DNA of 64,000 bases from an uncultured Methanoregulaceae archaeon (lineage in GTDB: Archaea > Halobacteriota > Methanomicrobia > Methanomicrobiales > Methanospirillaceae): NCBI GenBank assembly GCA_963701095.1, contig OY969564.1, forward strand, positions 928,001 to 992,000, given 5' to 3'. A program made the translations under genes and the position numbers. Of the stretch, positions 56,730 through 64,000 are shown piece after piece (position 1 is the first letter of the stretch; the number at the start of each line of letters is the position of its first letter). The notes under the pieces were generated by a model. The model saw nothing but the letters and a program-made list of their open reading frames with translations. It did no database searches and was not told where the DNA came from.

Positions 56730-59408
56730 TTAATTCCCGTTCTTTCGGAACAGGACGATAACACCGCAAACTGAGAGAGCGCCGATGGCTGGTACCATGT
56801 CAAGAGCTGCATGGGGTGTATTTGTGGGAAGAGGAAGTTCGGTAGATGCAGGAGACGGAATAGCTGGTGCAGTTACCGGATCGTTTACGGTCGGTTCGGC
56901 AGTGGGTAAAAGCGTTGGATTTTTTATTGCCGGGGTGGGAGCCGGACCGGTATATCCGGAACTCTCTGCATTACCGGTGTTGAGCCAGTAATCAGTTCCG
57001 GCGCCGTGACCGCTACCAGAATGACCCGACGCCATTGCGGGGGCTATCCCTGAGATTGCAAATGGCGAGAAACTGGTAGTCGTTGCGGTGAAATGATCCT
57101 CGCCAGCCCCATCTGGTCCACTAACGAACGTTGTGGGAAGTGCCTGCCACGTTCCCGAGGTGTAGTGTTCTAGGACGAAATTCTGCGGGGAAAGTCCGTT
57201 GGCGGTTAGCCATGATTGCAGGACCGTAAAGGAGATCACTCCGGTTATTGGGCTGGTAGGGGAAATTGACGGTGTGATATCTACGTACTCACAAACGGTT
57301 CTGGGCGCCATGGGATCATTGAGGGGAGGGCCTGATAATCCCGTCGTAGTAATGGTAAGATCGGATAGATAATTGATATCGGTACTACTTACGGTAATAC
57401 TGATAATATTCGTGCCAGAATTGACTGCGGAAGTAACAAGGGTACTATACGTTCCATCGCCATTAACTGAAATAATATTTGCTGTCGCTGGTGCACTGAT
57501 CGTTTCTGGGCTCATTGTCGCGGTGACGGATATATTCTCGCTCGCCGTTAACGCTGATAAGCCGGTGACGTTCCAGATCCCGCCGGTTGCGGTTACTGGT
57601 GTCTGATCTACACCGCCAATACTCAGGACGACACTAGCACCTGATACCGCTGTGCCGTTAACACTGGTAGCTCCAACATAGACCGGAGTCGTGATTGCCG
57701 GAGTCGGAGTCGAACCTGCCCCATAGGTAAACTGATCCGCAGATGAGGTTGCACTGGTCCCCGCAGCAGTTTTTACTGTGACATGCACCTTGCCAGCGGT
57801 TCCTGCCGGGGAGTTTACCACGATCTGTGTTGCTGACGCAGACGTAAAGCCGGCAGCCGGGACATCCGTTGTCCCGAAATAGACATCCGTTGCCCCGGTA
57901 AAACCAGTGCCGGTTATCGTAACCGAAGTCCCGCCCGCGGGGGGACCGCTTGTGGGTGAGATACCGGTCACGACGGGTGGGGCGGCATAGATAAACTGAT
58001 CAGCAGAAGAGGTTGCACTAGTTCCCGCCGCAGTTTTTACCGTGACATCCACCATGCCGGCGGACCCTGCCGGGGAGTTTACCACAATCTGCGTATCTGA
58101 CAAAGAGGTAAAGCTGGCAGCTTGGACATCCGTCGTCCCGAAATAGACATCCGTTGCCCCGGTAAAACCAGTGCCGGTTATCGTAACCGAAGTCCCACCG
58201 GAGGTGGAACCGGTTGTGGGTGAGATACCGGTCACCTGAGGAGGTAGCCCGGTGATGGTGTAGATATACGCATCCCCAGACTCTCCTGAAGGAGTCAGGT
58301 CATTCCCCCCAGGTTCTCCGATAACCACCGTATTACCCGAGATCCCAACGCTCTGTCCGAAATATTCGTCTCCTTGGTAAATAGGCGCAGTGACATTTGT
58401 TATCTCATTCCACCCGTTGTTATACGTGTAAAGATAGGCGTCGCCAACGGCTCCGATGCCGGTTTTGCCCCACGGTTCTCCGACAACCACGGTATTCCCG
58501 GAGACCGCTACCGACTGCCCGAACTCATTACCATTATTTTTCGTATCAGCCATGAGGGTTCTGTTAAGGCTCCATGCTGATCCGGAGGAAGTATAGATAT
58601 CCACTCTCCCGACACCAATACTGTAATCAGGCTCACCGACGACAAGAGTATTCCCGGATAGTGCAAGTGAAGTCCCGAAACCGGTATTTGCCACTGAAGC
58701 ACTGACCTGTGCAGCCTGAGTCCATCCGCTACCGGTGTTTGTGAAAATGCACACTGTACCATAATTTAAAGATGGTTCTCCCACCGCAAGGGTATTTCCC
58801 GAGATTGCTACGACATTTCCAAAGTCAGTACCAGCGACGCCGTACAGGGTATAAACCGGCCCAGCATCCGGGTTGCCAGCGTTGTAGATATATACGGTGC
58901 TGTTTCCGGGTTCACCGACAACCAAAGTATTTCCGGATAGTGCAACAGACTTCCCGAAATTGCCATTATTTATCGGATTCGGGGAATGGACCTGTATGAC
59001 ATCAGGAAACCCCACATACGCCGCGCCAGCATCTTGTTTTGTAGCGTAAGTTGCCCCGGGTTCCCCGATTGCTACGTCGTTGTTGGAAATCGCTACTGAA
59101 GACCCGAAATAACTCTCTTCATCCGTCGGGTTGTCTGGGGAAAAACTTCCAGAAGGGTCCCATACACCATCGGTGACACCATAAAGCTCAGCAGTTCCAT
59201 GATCCTTATCATAATTCGGTTCCCCGACAAGCACAGCATTCCCGTAAATTGCCACGGCAGCCCCGAAATACCCATCAGCTACTGGATACTCCGGTGTGAT
59301 ATGCGAGGGGGGCAGAATGACGCTCGGAGTTGCCGCTGCCGGTGCTATAATGAGAAATGCGATTATCAAAAGTCCAACAAAAACCAGATCAATTCGTCTA
59401 AAACCCAT
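56730..59408 (-). CDS. Surface protein: FG-GAP-type beta-propeller, two IPT/TIG domains, PGF-pre-PGF-like domain, C-terminal anchor
   Basis: Seven FG.SVA.SGNT.VVGEP repeats, TIG repeats, FTV..SW...W..LPT...SFSPFAI, and a TM helix with RK tail. Confidence 0.85.
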   Translation of the reverse strand: MGFRRIDLVFVGLLIIAFLIIAPAAATPSVILPPSHITPEYPVADGYFGAAVAIYGNAVLVGEPNYDKDHGTAELYGVTDGVWDPSGSFSPDNPTDEESYFGSSVAISNNDVAIGEPGATYATKQDAGAAYVGFPDVIQVHSPNPINNGNFGKSVALSGNTLVVGEPGNSTVYIYNAGNPDAGPVYTLYGVAGTDFGNVVAISGNTLAVGEPSLNYGTVCIFTNTGSGWTQAAQVSASVANTGFGTSLALSGNTLVVGEPDYSIGVGRVDIYTSSGSAWSLNRTLMADTKNNGNEFGQSVAVSGNTVVVGEPWGKTGIGAVGDAYLYTYNNGWNEITNVTAPIYQGDEYFGQSVGISGNTVVIGEPGGNDLTPSGESGDAYIYTITGLPPQVTGISPTTGSTSGGTSVTITGTGFTGATDVYFGTTDVQAASFTSLSDTQIVVNSPAGSAGMVDVTVKTAAGTSATSSADQFIYAAPPVVTGISPTSGPPAGGTSVTITGTGFTGATDVYFGTTDVPAAGFTSASATQIVVNSPAGTAGKVHVTVKTAAGTSATSSADQFTYGAGSTPTPAITTPVYVGATSVNGTAVSGASVVLSIGGVDQTPVTATGGIWNVTGLSALTASENISVTATMSPETISAPATANIISVNGDGTYSTLVTSAVNSGTNIISITVSSTDINYLSDLTITTTGLSGPPLNDPMAPRTVCEYVDITPSISPTSPITGVISFTVLQSWLTANGLSPQNFVLEHYTSGTWQALPTTFVSGPDGAGEDHFTATTTSFSPFAISGIAPAMASGHSGSGHGAGTDYWLNTGNAESSGYTGPAPTPAIKNPTLLPTAEPTVNDPVTAPAIPSPASTELPLPTNTPHAALDMVPAIGALSVCGVIVLFRKNGN
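57723..58235. repeat. Tandem 264-bp intragenic duplication (two IPT/TIG domains)
   Basis: 57723-57971 versus 57987-58235 are highly similar, with an identical run of about 60 bp. Confidence 0.9.
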
Positions 59409-59825
59409 TTTTTACGACCTCAGCACGATAAATAAACCTGAGCGTACCTCATGCTATTCAGGCGCCATTGAGACCAAGCCCCATGCCAGATAATCCTGCA
59501 CACCCTGGTTATTATAACCTCGACATGACGATATATAGACATTACTATATATATTTTTTAACATTTTGTTAAGAATAGCAACCATTTTACACAGGTAATT
59601 TTATCTTAAAAACAGGAATAGACTCTACCACTATATTTTGCAAGAAAGTTCAAAGTGGATTGCTCAAAGAAAAGCAATATAAAACGCCGTGAAATGCGAC
59701 AAAAAATAATGAGTATTTGTTGAAGGAAAGAGTAACCTTAACTTGGACATAAGAGAAATGTCTTTAAAAAATTGTTTTTATTTTTACGTTATTATCAATA
59801 AACAAGGCGTAATTTAAAAAAAATC

Positions 59826-61671
59826 TCATATATACCGTGCCTTTAACGAGAGCCGGCGTGGTGTATACAGTGGGCGGAACGGTTTGCCCGCTATTTCTTC
59901 CTTGATGGCAGCCACAAGCGTTTCTTCAGTCATCTGTTCCTTGTGGGGCTTGTTTGGCTCAGATTTCCTTCGTATCGTAACCGTGAGCTTTTTATTATCC
60001 ATTTCCTCGTCACCAATAACGACAACATAGGGAACCCAGTCCATGCCGGCTTCACGGATTTTCTTACCTACGCTTTCATCACGGTCGTCAATATCGCACC
60101 GGATATTCTGTGCATTAAGGGTATCACAAATCTCCTTTGCATAAATGGCATGACGCTCGGCAACCGGAACAATACGGGCCTGGGCTGGTGAGAGCCAGGT
60201 CGGTAATGCCGGCACTTTCTGGGTCGAGATGTTCTCAAGAATTGCACAGATCACACGCTCAACACTTCCCGTCGGCGAGCAGTGAAGGATAGGTGGGTAC
60301 ACCGGCGTGCCATCATCCTTGTAGTATTTTATATTAAACCGCGTAGAACTCTCGACATCGATCTGGACGGTCGGGTTCTCTATCGGCCGGTTCTGGCCGT
60401 CAATAGCGGCAAGGTCGATCTTTGCTTCCCAGTAATGTACACGGTCGGACAGGATCTCGATGAGCATCGGGCAGCCGGAATCTTTTACGATTTTTTGTAC
60501 CCAGGCCTCATTTTCGTCATAGAACTTTTTCGTACACCGGAACGCTGCGACAAGCTGGGTTTCGAAATCCCTGCCGGTCTGCCAACCAATAGCGAGCTGT
60601 TCCTCGAAACATTTCATTGCCTCTGGCATATCGGTACACAGCGAATGCATATCGGGCATCGTAAAAGCGCGAAGACGCTTCAGACCGATTACTTCACCTT
60701 TCTGTTCATGCCTGAACGAGTAGGTGGAGAGCTCGTACATCTTTAAGGGAAGCGTATTTTTCGAGATATGCATATCCCGCATGATCGAGAACATGCCAAA
60801 ACACGCGGCAAACCGCAGCATCATATTCCGGTTGTTGCTTTTGAACCGGTACTGCCGTTCACCGAACTTATCCGCGTGCTCGTAGATTGCCTTGTCGCCA
60901 AGGTCGTACATGACCGGGGTCTCGACCGGGGTTGCACCGTACGGAAGAACGATGGCAAGGACATAATCGGCCAGAAGGTCACGGATGAGTTTTCCTTTTG
61001 GCATCCAGCGAAGACAACCAACATCACTTGCCGGCTCGTAATCGACAAGCTCTTTTGCCCGCATCAGACCTACATGGGCAGGCTCGCCACCGGTTGGTTC
61101 TGCTACACCCAGTTCCTTTTTTACAAGGCAGCCAAACGGCGACTTATCGAGGTATTTGTGGTAATCATGAGTCTTTCCGTCCGGGGTCATGACAAACCAG
61201 TCATGAGTGACCTCTTTCTTTCCCAGTTTCTTTGATACCGCTTCCCCTTCTTCACCGGGCACGATCGTCTTTGAGAGTTCAGAAAGAGGATGACCCTTGC
61301 AGGAGATCTTAAAAGATTTGTACCAGCCAAACGGCGCCCGTTTCACGGCAAATCCTTCTGCAGAAAGACCCTCCTTGAGGGCATTCAGGACCGGGACAGC
61401 CACTTCAGGCCGGGCAAGGTCGCTGGACAAATGGGCATAGGGATAAATAACGATCTTGTTCGTCTGGACTTGCCCCGCAGTCTTTTTTACTTCTTCAACA
61501 GCCTGAAGGATCACGCCTTCAAGGTCCTCTTCATCAACTGACTCGACTGCAGCAAAGACCGTAAGGGCATCTTCCTCCCGATCTGAAAGGACAGACTCCC
61601 TCCTCTGCCATCTTTGTCTTCTTTTTGGCTTCGTATTCGATGTAATCTGAATGTATCAGAAGAAGTCGCAT
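59826..61671 (-). CDS. thrS: Threonine--tRNA ligase, archaeal type (apparent frameshift near 61596)
   Basis: [34 protein letters not shown] editing domain, [23 protein letters not shown]. Confidence 0.96.
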
Positions 61672-61812
61672 TACTTCATCTCCGTTCCGAACGTTATGCT
61701 TATAAAATGAGTTCTTAAGGTATATACCCCCATTGCCCCGATCTGGCCTTGCGGGCGAAGGGGAAGTCACATTGATAATATTCCTGATTCTACATACATA
61801 CACTGGGGAGAA

Positions 61813-63039
61813 TTGATGACCGCACATGTACTCTTTTTAAGTACTGTTCTTACGCAGGAGCGGTTGTCATGGGTGGAAGAGACCATCAAATGCTATTATC
61901 AGGAAATGCTGGCTAAACCGTCCGGAAACACCGCACCACTTCCGGCGGATTTTGCTATCTTTCTCACTGGCGACGCCCTGTACAGCCTGAGCGAGGCAGA
62001 ATCCCAAAATACCTGGTTGTCAATCCTTGCTTTGCCTCAGCTCACCCTGATCTGTGACGGTGATGCACGGGGAATCCGGGGCATATCCCTCACCCTATTG
62101 AAAGAGCGGTTTCCGGATAAGGTACGGGATTGCATAAGGGACAGCCCTGATGATTCGGCGTCATTTTGGAAGGTGATGATCACTCACGCCATTGAAGGAT
62201 CAGCAGGTGCTCACACCGGCTGGCTTCAAATCTCGTCACCGTATATGTTCCCCTCGGCAGAATATGGGATTCAATGCCTTTTTGCCGCTCTCGATCTCGA
62301 TTGCGGGATAACGTTATGCGCATATCTGGATGGGTGCCACATCGGTCATACCGGCCAGAACCCGGGAAGTACAGAGAATATTGGTGCAGCTATAGAGAAA
62401 CTGGGGAAGCGTGCAGCAGAGAAAAGTCTACCCTGTACTTTACTCGTAGACAGGGATAGTGCGGGGGCACGGGGTTATGTTTCCTGGGACGACGGGCTTG
62501 GCACCTTTGGCTCGCTCTGTATGATAAAACCGGCACATATCAGGAACAGCGATGTCCTTGTCCGCCATATAGGAACAATCCCAGTGCTCCTTTCGGAAAA
62601 TGCCGGTAGCACACAATTTTCTTCTCCCGGGCAAACAGATGATTCCCCGCAGATCAACTCAGTCGTTATCCTCATAACGCACAGTCCTTACACAACCGGG
62701 CATGCTTATGGCGGGATCGCACTTGCTGCTGCCTGTGCGCATCAGGGTATTCCTACAAGAGTCGTGTTTCTCGAAGAAGGTGTTCTGGCACTCACCGGAG
62801 ATCACCGTGTTCCTGCAGGATCAGAAATGTATACCTTACCTGAACTGATCTCGTATCTTGCCAGTACCAAGAACCTGCAGATCTCAGCCCTTACTACGTC
62901 CTTCCATATGCGGGGAATTTCAAAACACGGAACATTTGCACACATTCAGGATATTAATTTTTCCAACATGAGCCGTATCGTGTTTGGTTGCCCGGATGCA
63001 TCAGGGAAATGCAGCCATCAGCATATTCTGTTTTTCTAA
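61813..63039 (+). CDS. Triple DsrE/F/H-fold fusion protein
   Basis: Three successive DsrE-superfamily modules: [27 protein letters not shown], and HSPY..VFLEEGV..MRGI. Confidence 0.7.
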   Translation: MMTAHVLFLSTVLTQERLSWVEETIKCYYQEMLAKPSGNTAPLPADFAIFLTGDALYSLSEAESQNTWLSILALPQLTLICDGDARGIRGISLTLLKERFPDKVRDCIRDSPDDSASFWKVMITHAIEGSAGAHTGWLQISSPYMFPSAEYGIQCLFAALDLDCGITLCAYLDGCHIGHTGQNPGSTENIGAAIEKLGKRAAEKSLPCTLLVDRDSAGARGYVSWDDGLGTFGSLCMIKPAHIRNSDVLVRHIGTIPVLLSENAGSTQFSSPGQTDDSPQINSVVILITHSPYTTGHAYGGIALAAACAHQGIPTRVVFLEEGVLALTGDHRVPAGSEMYTLPELISYLASTKNLQISALTTSFHMRGISKHGTFAHIQDINFSNMSRIVFGCPDASGKCSHQHILFF

Positions 63040-63151
63040 AAAAAAAGGACGATACCGGGAAAATCCTGGCATGGGTATTGCTGCATTCCGGTAATACGAA
63101 AAGTGTCTTTTGAGAAAACCTATTCAATGAATCCCGGAAAAGAATAGTCCT

Positions 63152-64000
63152 ATGACGCCGCATAATCCCCAGCTTCTGGCAGCTGACAGGATTGAGATTA
63201 CCGTGCTTGTGGATAATTATATTGATATCTTTGTCCCTTCACAGAAATCCGTTGACTCACGGCCGCCGTTCGCACTGGACCGGCCTCTTCTTGCCGAGCA
63301 TGGATTTTCCTGTTATATCAGGATTTTTTCGAACGGGAAAGAACACGATACCTTGCTGGATACGGGTCTTTCATGCGGATGCATGCTCCATAACGCGGGT
63401 CAGTTGGGCATTAATCTTGCAAAGACTGAGTCTATTGTTCTGAGTCACGGGCATTTTGATCATACCGGTGGACTCTCTTCGTTCCTCCAGACAACCGGGC
63501 ACCAGATCCCCATAGTGGTTCATCCGGATGCATTTCTTTCCCGACGGCTCCAGAGTAAGGGAAAAGACCTGGTCAAACTCCCAAAGCTTGATCCTATAGT
63601 CATGAAACAACATGGCGGGGATGTCATCGAGCGTTCAGATCCGTCAGTTCTTGCATCCGGTCATCTGCTGGTCACTGGAGAAATAGAAAGAACCGTATCA
63701 TTTGAGCAAGGATTTCCCGGGATGGAAGCCCATGTCGGCGACGAGTGGATCCCGGACCGGATATCTGACGATCAGGCTGTCGTTATCAATATAAAAGGCA
63801 AAGGTCTTGTTGTCATCAGCGGTTGCGCACACGCAGGGATAATTAACACGATCAGGTACGCACAAAAGATTACCGGTATCGACGCTATTTTAGGCGTTCT
63901 TGGCGGGTTCCACCTGACCGGGCCGCTTTTTGAACCCGTGATTGAACCCACGATAAAGGCTATGAAACAGATTAACCCGGTGTATATTGTCCCGATGCAT
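63152..64000 (+). CDS. MBL-fold metallo-hydrolase (COG1237-like; runs off the window end)
   Basis: Manual translation from ATG 63152: ITVLVDN, AEHGFS, LLDTG, LSHGHFDHTGG, SGCAHAG, GGFHL, PMH. Confidence 0.88.
   Translation, partial: MTPHNPQLLAADRIEITVLVDNYIDIFVPSQKSVDSRPPFALDRPLLAEHGFSCYIRIFSNGKEHDTLLDTGLSCGCMLHNAGQLGINLAKTESIVLSHGHFDHTGGLSSFLQTTGHQIPIVVHPDAFLSRRLQSKGKDLVKLPKLDPIVMKQHGGDVIERSDPSVLASGHLLVTGEIERTVSFEQGFPGMEAHVGDEWIPDRISDDQAVVINIKGKGLVVISGCAHAGIINTIRYAQKITGIDAILGVLGGFHLTGPLFEPVIEPTIKAMKQINPVYIVPMH

Noticed and set aside
1..64000. Numerous short ORF-track entries overlapping larger genes on other frames or strands
   Set aside because: Shadow ORFs without motifs, except those that are halves of frameshifted genes.

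Overview
Chromosomal segment of a methanogenic archaeon, most consistent with Methanomicrobiales (Methanoregula-like). This is inferred from the archaeal-type ThrRS, family B polymerase, form III RuBisCO, PEF-CTERM and PGF-pre-PGF surface proteins, and many PAS histidine kinases. Housekeeping and repair genes include uvrA/B/C, recQ, an XPD-like helicase, ogt, polB, mdh, pyrD/pyrK, purB, queC, mobA, panE, thrS and an ADP-forming acyl-CoA synthetase. About 17 single-base frameshifts, mostly at short homopolymers and some in essential genes, point to long-read consensus errors rather than gene decay. Accessory content: a complete IS256-family element (TIRs plus 9-bp TSD) inserted just before a regulator start codon; a family 1 encapsulin with a ferritin-like cargo; a duplicated ~137-bp promoter/21-codon micro-ORF/conserved 3' element module that the ORF track misses; a secreted papain-like protease whose IPT/TIG repeats carry variable loop insertions; an orphan radical SAM/SPASM gene; a single-chain DsrH-DsrE-DsrF-like fusion lacking the canonical cysteine; and a methyltransferase resembling fungal AusD/Trt5 near a UbiA prenyltransferase. 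I saw no rRNA, tRNA or CRISPR array. All calls come from motif recognition by eye; no searches were run.
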